Shown: positions 10,459 through 22,373, numbered from the stretch's first letter. The stretch is 64,000 nucleotides of DNA from Candidatus Obscuribacteraceae bacterium (GCA_044226015.1 JBGAHS010000002.1:657571-721570), one strand, 5' to 3'. Notes: generated by a model from the letters alone, not told the origin. Program-made: numbers and translations.

Positions 10459-11079
10459 TCAACTTAGCTCTGGCAGCTTTTTAACGAATCCAAGTTGATA
10501 CATCTCTTCAAGGTCATGATTGCTAGCCTTAGCACATGTACCAAGTACAAAATCTGCAAAAGGTATCACCACGTTAAAATTCTTACTTGGATATTTGTGA
10601 TGCAACCAGTGGTATCGCGCAAGATACTTGTAGATTGGCCAATTGCTGAAACCGCGATGCTCAGGTTTGTGCATTTCGAGGTGAATCTTATTCCAAATCC
10701 AATGGTGCATGGTTGCTACAAAGACAAAAATTAGAGCGCCAGGCCAAGAGAAAATCGCAATTACAAGTGCGAAAGGAATAGCCTTTATTGGAGCCTTTTG
10801 CACTGTTAGACGAATCTCCTTGTCCTCCCCAACGGGCACGGGTTCATCAGTAAAATGTTCAGAATAGTGTTCTTTATGGTGGACGATAGCATGAGCTTGA
10901 AATGTTCGCTCAAATCTTGCAAAACTACGTCTATGCATCAAACGGCTATGCACTTGATGTTCAATAAAGGACATTAGTATGCAAGAAAAAATAAACCAGC
11001 CAAATAGCTGCAATACAAACACAGTAGACTCCAGTAAGTACGGGATTAGGCTGGTTAGTTTCCGAAATCCTATCCTCAT
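10459..11079 (-). CDS. Fatty-acid hydroxylase / sterol desaturase family membrane protein
   Basis: His boxes HSRLMH, HAIVHH, HLEMH, HWLHH followed by NFNV; start uncertain. Confidence 0.8.
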   Translation of the reverse strand: MRIGFRKLTSLIPYLLESTVFVLQLFGWFIFSCILMSFIEHQVHSRLMHRRSFARFERTFQAHAIVHHKEHYSEHFTDEPVPVGEDKEIRLTVQKAPIKAIPFALVIAIFSWPGALIFVFVATMHHWIWNKIHLEMHKPEHRGFSNWPIYKYLARYHWLHHKYPSKNFNVVIPFADFVLGTCAKASNHDLEEMYQLGFVKKLPELS

Positions 11080-11643
11080 CAAAAGAAAAGATGTAAGAGT
11101 AGAGAAACTACATGCTGCATGGGTCACGCAGCTGGGTTAACTATAATCGTCACCGCGTTTTGTGAACGCTTTTCTCATGGGATAAGCAGCACTCAACCAT
11201 AAAAGAACTCAAGAAAATCCCCCGCACCTGATCGAAGCATAGCCGAAGAACGATCTCTTGCGGGTTAACTTATTACTAGCAACACATAGCGTTACTTATC
11301 ACAAAGCGATCACCTGGTGTGAACCTAATTTTTATCAACCCGAAAAGTCACAAAAGCTCTACCGTCCGCCGAAGAGTCAGCCACACAGGAGATCTAACTG
11401 TCCACACAGGATCAAGCCATCCTATCAGATGCTGGTTGGAAGCCCGGCGCTCCCAGACGAGAAGCCCACTCAGGATCTACTCGAACCAGAAGAGATCACC
11501 ACTCAAATCTTTTTGGTTCCTGGCTGAACACTAAGAATCGAGCTGCCACCACTTAAGCTCTACCACCCGCCACAACACATGATCAAACTGCTGATTCGAT
11601 CCAACCGGCAGCGCAAAAGACGTCTAGTATGCGAACCCGCGAT

Positions 11644-12846
11644 TTATACGACTTGCCCCGCAGAGAATCCCGAAGCCCATGCCCACTGGAAGTTGTAGCC
11701 TCCCAATTGACCAGTGACATCAACAACCTCGCCGACAAAATACAGACCTGGCACTTTTTTTGATTCCATTGTCTTTGCGGACAGCTCGTCAGTACTGACA
11801 CCGCCTCTGGTGACTTCAGCTTTCTGGTAACCGAAGTTTGCAGCAGGCACTAGTGACCACGCATGCAGTTTTCTACAAAAATCATCAAGCGTTTTGTCAG
11901 CGAGTGAATTGATTGGCCGCGAAGATTGAAATAGTTCGCAAAGCTTATCTGCAAGCCTCGCTGGCAACAACTCCTGCAATGCGTTTCGCAATTCCTTCTT
12001 GCTCTTTTGCGCCTGTAGTTCAGCCAGGAAAGCTCGCACATCAACATCTGGGCATGTGTCGATTTGAAGTGCATCGCCTGGATGCCAATAAAGAGAAGCC
12101 TGCAAAATGGCTGGTCCGCTCACGCCTGTATGAGTGAACAGCGTGTTTTCTCTAAAACTATGTTTTCGACATTTCACGGTGCTATCGAAAGATACTCCGG
12201 TTAGCTCGCCAAAGCTCTGCTTGTCTTGCGGCTTCAAATCGAAGCCAACAAGGGCAGGGTAGGTATCTTCCAACTTCAATCCGAATTGCTTTGCAATCTC
12301 GTAACCAAAACCGGTGGCTCCAATTTTCGGAATTGACAAGCCACCGGTTGCCACCACTACAGAATAAGTATGAATATCAGCATGCTCACACTGCACCACA
12401 AATCTACTTTCCTCATCAGCAGACTCTTGTCTTATTCTCTTCACCTTGGAACCAAGACGAAAACTTACTTTAGCCTTGCGACACTCCGTTACTAGCAGGT
12501 CAACAATTTGTTCTGCTGACTCATCACAGAATAACTGTCCAAGTTTCTTTTCGTGAAAGCGAATTTTGTGCGCTCGTACCAATGAAATGAAATCATTCGG
12601 TTGATATCGAGCCAGTGCTGATTTGCAAAAGTGAGGGTTAGCTGAATGATAATTTTCGGGCTTCGCGTGCAAGTTAGTAAAATTGCAACGTCCTCCACCA
12701 GAAATCAAAATCTTACGTCCGATCTTTTCCGAATGGTCAATGACAAGCACTCGCCGAAAGCGCTTCGCGGCTTCAATTGCACACATCATGCCTGCGCCAC
12801 CCGCGCCGATGACTACGACGTCTGTCTTAATAATTTCAGGTGACAC
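11644..12846 (-). CDS. HI0933/YhiN (BaiN-like) flavoprotein
   Basis: GAGGAG, GRKILISGGGRCNFTN, VTRGGV and GGYNFQWAWASG motifs. Confidence 0.95.
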   Translation of the reverse strand: MSPEIIKTDVVVIGAGGAGMMCAIEAAKRFRRVLVIDHSEKIGRKILISGGGRCNFTNLHAKPENYHSANPHFCKSALARYQPNDFISLVRAHKIRFHEKKLGQLFCDESAEQIVDLLVTECRKAKVSFRLGSKVKRIRQESADEESRFVVQCEHADIHTYSVVVATGGLSIPKIGATGFGYEIAKQFGLKLEDTYPALVGFDLKPQDKQSFGELTGVSFDSTVKCRKHSFRENTLFTHTGVSGPAILQASLYWHPGDALQIDTCPDVDVRAFLAELQAQKSKKELRNALQELLPARLADKLCELFQSSRPINSLADKTLDDFCRKLHAWSLVPAANFGYQKAEVTRGGVSTDELSAKTMESKKVPGLYFVGEVVDVTGQLGGYNFQWAWASGFSAGQVV

Positions 12847-12861
12847 CGTTCAACCGTCCAA

Positions 12862-14499
12862 TCAACCTGACACCACTTTTGGTGCAGAGGTTTCAGAAGT
12901 ATCAATCAGCATTCGTTTTAAAATCTTCCCGGTAGAATTGCGAGGCAATGTTGATCTAAACTCCACAATGCGAGGCACTTTGTATTCAGCCATGTGCTCC
13001 GAGCAAAACTCCTTGACCTTGGATTCATCAAGATTTGCTCCGGACTTCAATACCAAAACAGCTTTGACACGCTCACCCATGAGCTTATCTGGCACACCCA
13101 CGACCGCAGCCTCTGCCACCTGCTCAAGCTTCAGCAAGACCTCTTCAATCTCCCGAGGGTAAATGTTAGCTCCACCTCGAATGATCATTTCCTTCTTACG
13201 ACCCACGATAAAGACATAACCATCTTCATCGATGTAGCCCAAATCGCCGGTGAAAAACCAGTCGCCGTCCATACTCTTTTGAGTTTCTTCAGGCAACTTG
13301 TAATAGCCTTTCATGATATTCGGACCTTTTATGCTCAACTCGCCTACATTTGCGGATCCGACAGAGAGCACAGTACCATCATCAGCGACCACACGCATTT
13401 CAACGCCTGGCAAGACTGGTCCTACCGAGCCAGCTTTCCGCACACCTTTTAGAGGATTGATCGTGGCCACACAAGCGGTTTCGGTCATGCCGAAGCCTTC
13501 AACTAACACCGCACCGAAAGCGGTTTCCAGTTGCTTAATCAGTTCAGGTGCAAGCGCGGCCGCACCACTGAAACATACGCGAACGGATTCGAGGTCGTAC
13601 TTATTTTTCTCAAGTTCCATCAGGCAAAACTGATACATTGCAGGAACAAGCGGTACCAGCGTCAGTCGTTCTTTCTCGATTATCTTCAGTGCCTGCACCG
13701 CTTCAAATTTAGGCATTATCGCCAGGGTGCCACCACGAGATAGCGTGCCAATCATGAGAATCGTAATTCCATAAATGTGGCACATAGGCAAAACGGCAAG
13801 AGTTTTGTCCAGCTCAGAAACGTCGAATAAGTCGAGCCTTTCTGGAAAAATGCTAAGCATATTGAAATGGCTTAGCATTGCGCCTTTGGGCTTTCCAGTC
13901 GTACCTGATGTATACACTATGAGGGCGAGGTCCTCATACGGGTTGATGTGACAGTACCAATCAACAGAATTCAGTTCTCTCAATTCCTGCGAGAGATCAA
14001 TAATAGGCACACCAAGCTGGCTTGCATTTCCAGAACAAGAAGTCGAAGTTGCAGAACTGGCACCGCATTCAGTATCACGACTTACGAATATGTGTTTAAG
14101 AATCGAACCTTCAGCTTGAGACTTAAGAGCCTCCGCAAGCGTACTTTCGTGCAAAATCAAGGTTGTTGATTCAGAATCACTCAATATATGCGCAATTTCG
14201 TCAGACTTGAGCAATGCATTGATTGGAACAATTGTAAGACCGAGTCCAGCAGCAGCAAAAAACGCAGCCACATAATCGGGATGATTTGGAAACAAGATTC
14301 CAACCTTCTCCCCTGGCTTCACACCAGCGTCTAGCAACTGAGTCGCAACCGCAGCAATTCGTTGCATCAGAACGGAAAAGGTCCAGCGTGTCTCATTGTA
14401 GACAAGCGCTTCTTTGTTCGGCAGGAGGATGGCTCGATTTTTCAGCAAAGCAAAGAAGTGCATCGACGCAGATAACTGGTCTGTCGAACCCTTACTCAT
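12862..14499 (-). CDS. Long-chain fatty-acid--CoA ligase
   Basis: YTSGTTGKPKG, EGFGMTE, FTGDLG, GRKKEMI and PRNSTGKI AMP-binding motifs. Confidence 0.92.
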   Translation of the reverse strand: MSKGSTDQLSASMHFFALLKNRAILLPNKEALVYNETRWTFSVLMQRIAAVATQLLDAGVKPGEKVGILFPNHPDYVAAFFAAAGLGLTIVPINALLKSDEIAHILSDSESTTLILHESTLAEALKSQAEGSILKHIFVSRDTECGASSATSTSCSGNASQLGVPIIDLSQELRELNSVDWYCHINPYEDLALIVYTSGTTGKPKGAMLSHFNMLSIFPERLDLFDVSELDKTLAVLPMCHIYGITILMIGTLSRGGTLAIMPKFEAVQALKIIEKERLTLVPLVPAMYQFCLMELEKNKYDLESVRVCFSGAAALAPELIKQLETAFGAVLVEGFGMTETACVATINPLKGVRKAGSVGPVLPGVEMRVVADDGTVLSVGSANVGELSIKGPNIMKGYYKLPEETQKSMDGDWFFTGDLGYIDEDGYVFIVGRKKEMIIRGGANIYPREIEEVLLKLEQVAEAAVVGVPDKLMGERVKAVLVLKSGANLDESKVKEFCSEHMAEYKVPRIVEFRSTLPRNSTGKILKRMLIDTSETSAPKVVSG

Positions 14500-14766
14500 C
14501 GCACTTCCTCTGCATTCCATACATGCGAATTATCGCCTGTGAGCAAGCTCAGTACTTTAGTGTCCTCTAACGCACCATGCGCTGAGCCGCAGCCAGACAG
14601 GAATACAAGCGCAAACAAAAGCAGCTGAGCCGCAAAATTGCTTATGCACCGTTCAGACACTTGCTCACTAATTCCCCAATGTTGCCTGAAAACAAGCGAT
14701 GCTGCTTACGGATTGGACGGCAACACTCTGCGGCGCGTACCCATAGCACACGGTGCCCGCAATCTT

Positions 14767-15306
14767 CTAGGAGATCGAAAACGCCCCCTTAAACGACTGT
14801 GGATAATGAACCTTGTAGCATTCATTATCGTCTTCGCAGTCTCGTTTGCTAGCAACGACAGCCCCTTCAAGAAACATCGACTCCGAGAGGGCGTCGATGA
14901 CTGTTTTTGCAGCCACCTCCACATCGATTACCATAGAGTAAATATTGATGGTGCTGTTGCCAATGTCACCACCTTCGCAATGCCCATTGCCAGTCCATCC
15001 GAGACATTCCTGAAGCAAGCCTTCGATCAAATGACGTGTCTCGAGGTCGCCAGGACTGCCCCACCCATCCAATTTATACTGAACAACGAGTTCACCGCGT
15101 GCTTCCATTTGATCAAATCCGTCAGAGAGCTTGGGTTTGCACTCGCGCTGAATGAGCCGTTCTCCATTTTCACTTGCAGCTAACTTGATTTCAGTGGTTT
15201 CGCCAATTTCGCCCAGTCGCCCCCAATGAGTCACAACCTTGCCAGTTTCTTCCCAAGCCTCCCAGTAGAGAATTTCATCGATATTCTTTTTGTACAGCTT
15301 TAGCAT
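14767..15306 (-). CDS. WGR-like domain protein
   Basis: YWEAW..VVTHWGRLG N-terminal WGR motif; acidic C-terminal domain. Confidence 0.65.
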   Translation of the reverse strand: MLKLYKKNIDEILYWEAWEETGKVVTHWGRLGEIGETTEIKLAASENGERLIQRECKPKLSDGFDQMEARGELVVQYKLDGWGSPGDLETRHLIEGLLQECLGWTGNGHCEGGDIGNSTINIYSMVIDVEVAAKTVIDALSESMFLEGAVVASKRDCEDDNECYKVHYPQSFKGAFSIS

Positions 15307-15667
15307 TTGGATTTACGCTCAATCAGTGGCAGACAACTGGCTCGCAAGAATGACACCTGCATTCGGTATTTTCACAGAGGCATTTGCATAAACGCAAGTC
15401 AGCCTTAGGCATTCGGAGCTGTACGCATGATTTCGAAAAAAATTCGATTTGCGGACCTTAGACAGACCAAGCCGAAATCTGCAGGCGGATTTTGTTGCGA
15501 TATTGGATTGGATGACGATTGTAAATCTTGGGCTGAATCGATACAAAGCTCAAAGCAAGCCGCTCCGGCTCTTAAATCCTGGGCTGATGACTGCTTGAAA
15601 GCCAGTGTTTTCCCAGGAGCGAAGCGGGTCACCTGTCGAGTTCAGGGGAATATCTACGCACCATCGT

Positions 15668-15988
15668 CGCAGATAAACCTGAAAACTCCACCGGTACCGT
15701 TTGAGTTCTCGAAAATATCTTCGCACCCTCAGCCGCAGATAAACCTGAAAACTCCACCGGTACCGTTTGAGTTCTCAAAAATATCTTCGCACCCTCAGCC
15801 GCAGAAAATCCTGAAAACTCCGCCGGTACCGTTTGAGTTCTCGAAAATATCTTCGCACCCTCAGCCGCAGATAAACCTGAAAACTCCACCGGTACCGTTT
15901 GAGTTCTCAAAAATATCTTCGCACCCTCAGCCGCAGATAAACCTGAAAACTCCACCGGTACCGATTGAGTTCTCGAAAATATCTTCGC
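15668..15988. repeat. 66-bp tandem repeat, about 5 units, palindromic core
   Basis: cgcagataaacctgaaaactccaccggtaccgtttgagttctcgaaaatatcttcgcaccctcagc at 15668, 15734, 15800, 15866, 15932. Confidence 0.95.
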
Positions 15989-16060
15989 TTCAATGGTCGA
16001 CAACAAAAGCAAAGGCGCCGCAAACCTAATCGCGACGCCAAATTTCAGAATTCGTTATTC

Positions 16061-16750
16061 CTAAAAAGCTACAACTACTACGTTGCCGCCTTTTTCTTTT
16101 GCTTCAATCATGGCTTCACAAGCTGCTTCCAGCAGTCCATGAGGGTCAGCACTATGTTTTGGATAGCTGGAAACCGCCAACGACGCCGTCAAGCTAATTA
16201 GCTTTCCGCTGCGAGGGTCCTTAATTTCCAACATCGCGACTTTTCTGCGAACGCGCTCTGCAACAGTGGCAGCGCCTTCCGCATCAGTTTCGTGGAGTAC
16301 TGCAACCAGTTCCTCACCGCCCCAGCGGGCTGGCATATCGATTTCTCGAACTGAGTTGCGCAAAATTTTGGAAACTTCGACCAGTACCTGGTCTCCAATT
16401 TCGTGACCGTAACGCAAGTTGATGTCTCGCAAACAGTCTATATCGATGAGCATCAAAGATAGTGAATAGCCGAGTCTCACGGCTCTCTTTAATGAATGTG
16501 TCAGATGTTCCTTAAAAGCATGTCTATTGGGAAGTTGAGTCAGAAGGTCCGAACCCATCATCTCCTGCAAGCGAGCTTGCGTATTTGATAGTTCATGACG
16601 CAACCGGTCAATTTCTCTGTCTTTCTCGCGAAGCAGCTTCTCATAATCAACGTTGGCATTCTGGTTTTTATGCATCTGCCAATCTGCTGGTCTGTTGTTG
16701 TGCTGCCCGCCGTGGATGTTCTGCAGCATTTGTGTTATGCGTGCTTTCAT
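16061..16750 (-). CDS. Diguanylate cyclase (coiled coil + GGDEF)
   Basis: DLLTQLPNR, IDID, I-site REID and RWGGEEL. Confidence 0.9.
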   Translation of the reverse strand: MKARITQMLQNIHGGQHNNRPADWQMHKNQNANVDYEKLLREKDREIDRLRHELSNTQARLQEMMGSDLLTQLPNRHAFKEHLTHSLKRAVRLGYSLSLMLIDIDCLRDINLRYGHEIGDQVLVEVSKILRNSVREIDMPARWGGEELVAVLHETDAEGAATVAERVRRKVAMLEIKDPRSGKLISLTASLAVSSYPKHSADPHGLLEAACEAMIEAKEKGGNVVVVAF

Positions 16751-16936
16751 TCCAACCCCCGCTGTGCCTTGTGTCTCATGTAACTACCTGATTGAGCTGA
16801 AGTCTTCGCCAATTTGCTTGAGAGAGATGCTTTCGTAAATCCCGCAAGATGCTCATCGATAGTCGCCCGGTGAATCTCCATATATTAGCCCTAGTTAGGA
16901 TTAATTGCTAGTTATGTAGTGGGGAAATCACCATGA

Positions 16937-18271
16937 TTAATTTATTGCCACTTGCGAAAGTATATTTATATGACCGCGATCCAGCAATACAAGCCAATAC
17001 TTGTGTTTATCGCTAGTAACCTGAAAGGTAATTGTCGCTTCCTGAAGGGCGTTGGGACCTACTTTCTTATGTGCTTCCTTCAGATCTGATAAAGCATAAG
17101 GAAAACAATTCTGGTTATGGTCAGATTTCAGGGCAATATCAGCAAAGTCGTATGAACGATTGCTGTGATTTTCCACCAGAAATTTTACTGAGAGTAGCTT
17201 GGATTTCTTGTCACCAAAGGGTCCAGGGCCGAAGCGCAAATCCTTTATCACGAAATCAACGTTATCTAGTTTTGGTTTTGGCGCCTTCGATGGAATAACG
17301 TCCTGCTTGAACGCCGGCAGAGTTATATCAGAAGGCAAATTGATTTCGATTTCTTCACCAGCAAGATTGCTTTGAATATTACCTTTGCGGTGTAGCGCTG
17401 CAGCAACACCTATGGCAGCACCAACGCCTCCACCAATTCCAACAGAGATACCGTAAGATGCGATTGCAACGCCGATTCCTGTCATTTGCACTGAAGCAAG
17501 GGCACCGCCGATGGCACCAACTGTGGTGTACCCTGTTGTTGTGACCACCTGTTTTGCGATGGTCTTACCAGTACTTTCTTTTGTCGTAGCTTTCGCATCT
17601 AACGGCACAACGTACTCACCATCGGGAGACACTAGCTGATCAAACTTCACTTCGACATAGCCATCGCGTCCCATGCGCTTCTGACGCTCAACACGAGTCA
17701 CATGCCCCTTAACGCGCCATTTTCCGGGCAACACTACCGTTTCGCCTTCTTTCAAATCAGTTGAAACTTCAGCCCATATCTCATCGCCGACTTTGGCTAA
17801 CTCAGAATTCAAGTTAGCACTGAGATTCAACCCAAGCTTAGTACCTTGCGGCACCACTTCGGTTTTGCCTTCTATAAATGGATAAGCAGTCTGAGAAACA
17901 TTGCCTTTCAAAATCTTTGAAGAAGATCCAGCAGCTCCTGAAGCGGCGCCAGATCCAGCAGCTCCTGAAGCAGCGCCTGACCCCGCGGCCCCTGAAGCAG
18001 AGCCTGCTCCCACAGCCCCCGAAGCTGAGCCTGAAGAAGCGCTTGCATTCATTTTGGTCGGCGTCGGCATGCCTTTGGCTTGCCCGCCAACATGAGCTAC
18101 GGAGTGAGCGGAGGAATTCCCTGCCTGCGATTGTGCGCTCGAAGATGATTGTGCATGCACAAGCGAAAGTGGGTAAGTGAACGTCGTCGCAATTAGAACT
18201 GGCAGCAGAGCAAGAGACTTTCCCCTTCCGATGCTGCTTGAATTCACGGTGGTTGCAAAGAGCTTACTCAT
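16937..18271 (-). CDS. Exported protein with TrbI/VirB10-like beta domain, Gly-zipper segment and Ig-like C-terminus
   Basis: Signal peptide, GSGAASGAA repeats, LNSELAKVGD..VKGHVTRV pattern, GAIGGA glycine zipper. Confidence 0.6.
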   Translation of the reverse strand: MSKLFATTVNSSSIGRGKSLALLPVLIATTFTYPLSLVHAQSSSSAQSQAGNSSAHSVAHVGGQAKGMPTPTKMNASASSGSASGAVGAGSASGAAGSGAASGAAGSGAASGAAGSSSKILKGNVSQTAYPFIEGKTEVVPQGTKLGLNLSANLNSELAKVGDEIWAEVSTDLKEGETVVLPGKWRVKGHVTRVERQKRMGRDGYVEVKFDQLVSPDGEYVVPLDAKATTKESTGKTIAKQVVTTTGYTTVGAIGGALASVQMTGIGVAIASYGISVGIGGGVGAAIGVAAALHRKGNIQSNLAGEEIEINLPSDITLPAFKQDVIPSKAPKPKLDNVDFVIKDLRFGPGPFGDKKSKLLSVKFLVENHSNRSYDFADIALKSDHNQNCFPYALSDLKEAHKKVGPNALQEATITFQVTSDKHKYWLVLLDRGHINILSQVAIN

Positions 18272-18471
18272 TAGGCTTTCCGGAACCTGACGATTGGAAA
18301 CGACGACAGCGCATCCGACAAGTTCCTAAGGGTAGCGCTTGATTTCGTTCTTTACAAGTACCCTTCTTGCACATGTTCGCAAACAGAAATGCGGTTCAAA
18401 AATCGCCCCAGAAAGCGAAAGAGCAGCAACTCGCCGCTCTCTCCAAAATCAAAATAGTTACAAAGAGAAAA

Positions 18472-19137
18472 CTACATCTTCTTATTGAGCAGCTCCTTGA
18501 GCTGATCAAGAAATCCCTTCTTTTCACCGTTTGCGGCAGGCGCTGCTGCCTCTTTCGGCTGAGTTCCACTGCTCTTATTGCTGGTCTTCAACTTGAGCTC
18601 AACTTGCTTGGCTTCGTAGTTTTTCGGATCAATCTTGAGCGCCGCATTAACCGAGGTCATCGCAAGCGTTCTCCACCCCCTGGCCATCTGGATTTCAGCA
18701 AGAACTGCATGATACTTAGCATTGTTCGGAGCCAGCCTGATTGCTTCTTTGATGGCAGTTTCAGCCTCGGGAAAGCGTTTACGACTCAACATGTCGTTGG
18801 CACGGTCACAGTGCTTAGCAGCCCATGAATCACGGTTCTCAGCCTTGACTTCTGCCTTCTCCGCCGGAGCCTCCGCAACTGCTGCGATACCCTTATTTCG
18901 GGCGAGCCTTCTTAGCGCATCATACTCGTCCTTCTGCTTCGCATCAGAGAGAACTTCATGCGCACGAGTCACCTTTGAAAACTCCACTTGAGCTTCAGCA
19001 CGCTTCTCTGGGTCATTCGGAAAGCGGTCTGGGTGCAATTTCTTTGCAAGCTTCAAATACGCTTTTCTGATTTCATCAGGCGCCGCAGTTTCCTCGACAC
19101 CTAAAACACCGTAAAAATCTTCCTCAATATCCAGCAT
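18472..19137 (-). CDS. J-domain + TPR co-chaperone
   Basis: DFYGVLGV..LHPD J-domain followed by TPRs; divergent from clpB. Confidence 0.9.
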   Translation of the reverse strand: MLDIEEDFYGVLGVEETAAPDEIRKAYLKLAKKLHPDRFPNDPEKRAEAQVEFSKVTRAHEVLSDAKQKDEYDALRRLARNKGIAAVAEAPAEKAEVKAENRDSWAAKHCDRANDMLSRKRFPEAETAIKEAIRLAPNNAKYHAVLAEIQMARGWRTLAMTSVNAALKIDPKNYEAKQVELKLKTSNKSSGTQPKEAAAPAANGEKKGFLDQLKELLNKKM

Positions 19138-19457
19138 ATTTCTCGTTTTTCTTAAGCGAAGTTGTGGGAAACCATCATCTGCATCGATCCGCCGATACGC
19201 GATGATTCAGAACAAGTCACCAGCGGCTGATGATCTGTCAACCTTACATATTCCCAATTCCTAACATAGATCACATAGTATCCGCCTTTTTTCTTTGAAA
19301 AGATCGAAAAAATCAGCCTTTTGGCCGACTGGGGCTGTCGAGTCTAAATAAATTCGGAATTTGTGAATCACGTATAATGCTGCACCCCATAATCTCTATT
19401 AGGAGACGACTCAAATCCGTTGTGATGAGTTGTTGACGAACTCTGGCGAAAGGCGGA

Positions 19458-22130
19458 ATGAATATGAACCTAGATAGATTCACACATAAAGCAAGAGAAG
19501 CCGTTACTAACTGTCAGGAGATTCTATCCAGATTTTCCCACAGTCAAGTCTTACCGGAACATCTGTTGCTCTCACTTTTCGAGCAAGAAGATGGGCTAGC
19601 CGGAAAGATACTGACAGCGCTGGACATCAAGGATGAACCGATTGTCGAGGAGCTTTCCCGCTATTTGACAAATCAGCCAAAAGCTTCATCAGTTCAAGTC
19701 AAGAAAGACGAAATTGTCGTCTCATCGAAGCTGATCGGCATGCTGGAAGAAGCTGGCAAAGAGGCGGAACGCCTCAAAGACCAGTTCATAAGCATCGAAC
19801 ACTTGATGCTGGTGCTCTGCGACGCTTCAAAGTCGCAGGCTGGAACCATCCTGAAACAACACGGCGTCACGCGCGACCGCATCTTGCAGGTTCTCACTCA
19901 AATTCGCGGAAGCCAGAACGTCACCTCGCAAGACCCAGAGCAAACCTATCAGGCGCTGGCCAGATACGGAAAAGACCTCACAGCCGCTGCGGCTGCGGGA
20001 AAGCTCGACCCAGTCATTGGTCGTGACGACGAAATTCGCCGCGTCATGCAGGTGCTCTCACGTAGAACGAAAAATAACCCGGTGCTTGTTGGAGAGCCCG
20101 GGGTAGGTAAAACGGCGATTGTAGAGGGTCTTGCACAACGCATCACAAAGAGAGACGTCCCCGAAGGTTTAAAAGACAAAAAGCTCATTGCGCTGGACAT
20201 GGGCTCGCTTATAGCTGGTGCAAAATACAGAGGTGAGTTCGAAGAACGTTTGAAAGCAGTCCTCAAGGAAGTTACAGAATCGAACGGCAAAATCATTCTC
20301 TTCATCGATGAACTTCACACAGTAGTTGGCGCAGGTTCTTCGGGCGAAGGTTCGATGGATGCTGGCAATTTGCTGAAACCACCTCTGGCACGCGGCGAAC
20401 TACACTGCGTGGGTGCGACCACTCTTGATGAATACAGAAAGCACGTCGAGAAAGACCCAGCACTGGAAAGACGCTTCCAGACAGTTTTTGTCGACCAGCC
20501 AACTGTCGAAGATTCAATTTCGATATTGCGCGGTTTGAAAGAACGCTACGAAGTGCACCACGGGGTGCGCATTCAAGACGCAGCGCTCGTCGCAGCAGCT
20601 GTGCTTTCGCACCGGTACATCGCGGACAGAGCCCTTCCAGATAAAGCAATTGACCTGGTGGATGAAGCTGCCGCTCGCATGCGCATAGAAATCGACTCGA
20701 TGCCAGCTGAACTCGACGAAATGGAACGTCGCAAAATTCAACTCGAAATTGAGCGCGAAGCCCTAAAGCGCGAACGGGACGCTGCTTCAAAAGAACGTCT
20801 TGAAAAAATCGAAAAGGAAATTCAAGACATTCAAGAATCAGCAGGAGTCTTGCGCAACCAATGGAACACCGAAAAAGACGCGCTCAATCGCCTTCAGCAG
20901 CTGAAAGCAGAACGCGAAGCTGTGAACGTGCAAATTGAGCAGGCTGAACGTAACACCGATTTGGCAAAGGCTGCGCAACTAAAATACGGCACCTTGATGG
21001 AAATCGAAAAACGCATAGCTCAAGAAGAAGAAACTTTCAACCAGAAAAATGTTGCTCGACTTCTATCACAAGAAGTAAGTGCAGAGGACATCGCCGAAAT
21101 CGTTTCCAAATGGACAGGCATTCCTGTTACAAAGCTGATGGAAGGTGAGGTTCAGAAGTTGATTAGACTTGAGGATCACCTCCACAAACGGGTAATCGGA
21201 CAAGAGGAAGCAATCGAAGTGGTGGCAAATGCGGTGCGTCGTGCACGTGCAGGGTTTAAAGATCCGAACCGCCCAATAGGAAGCTTCCTCTTCCTCGGAC
21301 CCACCGGCGTAGGCAAAACAGAGCTTGCAAAAGCGCTTGCTGAGTTTCTCTTCGATGACGATCGCGCGATGGTGCGCATCGACATGTCTGAATATCAGGA
21401 GCGCCACACAGTAGCAAGACTGATTGGTGCACCTCCAGGATACATCGGATACGATGAAGGCGGTCAGCTCACAGAGGCTGTTCGACGACGCCAATACACC
21501 TGCGTGCTCTTCGATGAAATCGAAAAAGCGCACGGCGATGTGTTCAACGTCTTGTTGCAAGTGCTCGATGAAGGTCACCTCACCGACTCGAAGGGTCGCC
21601 ATGTTGATTTCAAAAACACGGTAATCATCATGACCTCCAATATTGGTAGCCAACACATTCTCGACTACCAATCAAAATCGGCATCTGACTCTTCTGACGA
21701 AGCTTATGACGATATGAAAGACAAGGTTCTTTCAGCATTACGCCAGCACTTCCGCCCAGAGTTCCTCAACCGAATCGACGAGACAGTTGTTTTCCACGCA
21801 CTGACGCTGGCACAACTCAAGCACATTGTCGAACTTCAAGTTCGCCTTCTCAACAAGCGACTGGAAGAACGAAAGATTGTGCTCGAACCAACCCCAGAGG
21901 CAATGGAATGGCTGGCAAACTCTGGATACGACCCCATGTACGGTGCGCGTCCGCTTAAGCGAGTTATTCAACGTGAAATTGAAAACACACTTTCGCTCGA
22001 GATGCTCGAAGGCAAGTTCCAGGACGGAGACCGCATCGTAGTAGACGTGGGCGACGAAGGACTTGAATTCAAGAAAGACGCCGTCGTACTTAGCACCGCC
22101 GGCACCGCTGGCAGTGCTGCAGCGACATAA
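19458..22130 (+). CDS. clpB: ATP-dependent chaperone ClpB
   Basis: Two AAA+ modules ([16 protein letters not shown]) with long middle coiled coil; GARPL. Confidence 0.98.
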   Translation: MNMNLDRFTHKAREAVTNCQEILSRFSHSQVLPEHLLLSLFEQEDGLAGKILTALDIKDEPIVEELSRYLTNQPKASSVQVKKDEIVVSSKLIGMLEEAGKEAERLKDQFISIEHLMLVLCDASKSQAGTILKQHGVTRDRILQVLTQIRGSQNVTSQDPEQTYQALARYGKDLTAAAAAGKLDPVIGRDDEIRRVMQVLSRRTKNNPVLVGEPGVGKTAIVEGLAQRITKRDVPEGLKDKKLIALDMGSLIAGAKYRGEFEERLKAVLKEVTESNGKIILFIDELHTVVGAGSSGEGSMDAGNLLKPPLARGELHCVGATTLDEYRKHVEKDPALERRFQTVFVDQPTVEDSISILRGLKERYEVHHGVRIQDAALVAAAVLSHRYIADRALPDKAIDLVDEAAARMRIEIDSMPAELDEMERRKIQLEIEREALKRERDAASKERLEKIEKEIQDIQESAGVLRNQWNTEKDALNRLQQLKAEREAVNVQIEQAERNTDLAKAAQLKYGTLMEIEKRIAQEEETFNQKNVARLLSQEVSAEDIAEIVSKWTGIPVTKLMEGEVQKLIRLEDHLHKRVIGQEEAIEVVANAVRRARAGFKDPNRPIGSFLFLGPTGVGKTELAKALAEFLFDDDRAMVRIDMSEYQERHTVARLIGAPPGYIGYDEGGQLTEAVRRRQYTCVLFDEIEKAHGDVFNVLLQVLDEGHLTDSKGRHVDFKNTVIIMTSNIGSQHILDYQSKSASDSSDEAYDDMKDKVLSALRQHFRPEFLNRIDETVVFHALTLAQLKHIVELQVRLLNKRLEERKIVLEPTPEAMEWLANSGYDPMYGARPLKRVIQREIENTLSLEMLEGKFQDGDRIVVDVGDEGLEFKKDAVVLSTAGTAGSAAAT

Positions 22131-22178
22131 TTGAATCACAATCAAGTCGGTCTAATTCAATCTAGATCGGCACCGGCG

Positions 22179-22202
22179 AGAGGAACAGGCAACTGTTCCT
22201 CT
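22179..22202 (+). terminator. Stem-loop downstream of clpB
   Basis: Perfect 10-bp stem agaggaacag-gcaa-ctgttcctct with GNRA loop; weak U tract. Confidence 0.6.
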
Positions 22203-22236
22203 GTCCATTTGAGCGCGGCCGACGGGCTGACGCTAC

Positions 22237-22309
22237 TTTTAAGAACTCAATCGGTACCGGTGCAGTTTTCGCGTTTTTCTGCGCCTGAAGAGCGAAGATA
22301 TTTTTGAGA
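22237..22309 (-). repeat. Single diverged inverted copy of the 66-bp repeat
   Basis: agaactcaatcggtaccggtgcagttttc..tctgcg.ctga..gcgaagatatttt matches the reverse complement of the 15668 unit. Confidence 0.85.
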
Positions 22310-22373
22310 CCGGTAAGCATAGAGCTTTGTGATCGAGTACAAGGCTAGATCGGCGAGCTAGCGACTGCGCTCT

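Noticed and set aside
11258..11534. Short ORFs between the desaturase and the flavoprotein gene
   Set aside because: No RBS or motif; the region contains a REP-like copy and degenerate repeats
15427..16029. 200-aa ORF with 22-aa repeats, or a CRISPR array
   Set aside because: Open frames arise from a 66-bp (multiple of 3) repeat on both strands; the same element occurs non-coding at 22237; no unique spacers or cas genes
19140..19457. CIRCE/HrcA operator between the J-protein gene and clpB
   Set aside because: No TTAGCACTC-N9-GAGTGCTAA match seen
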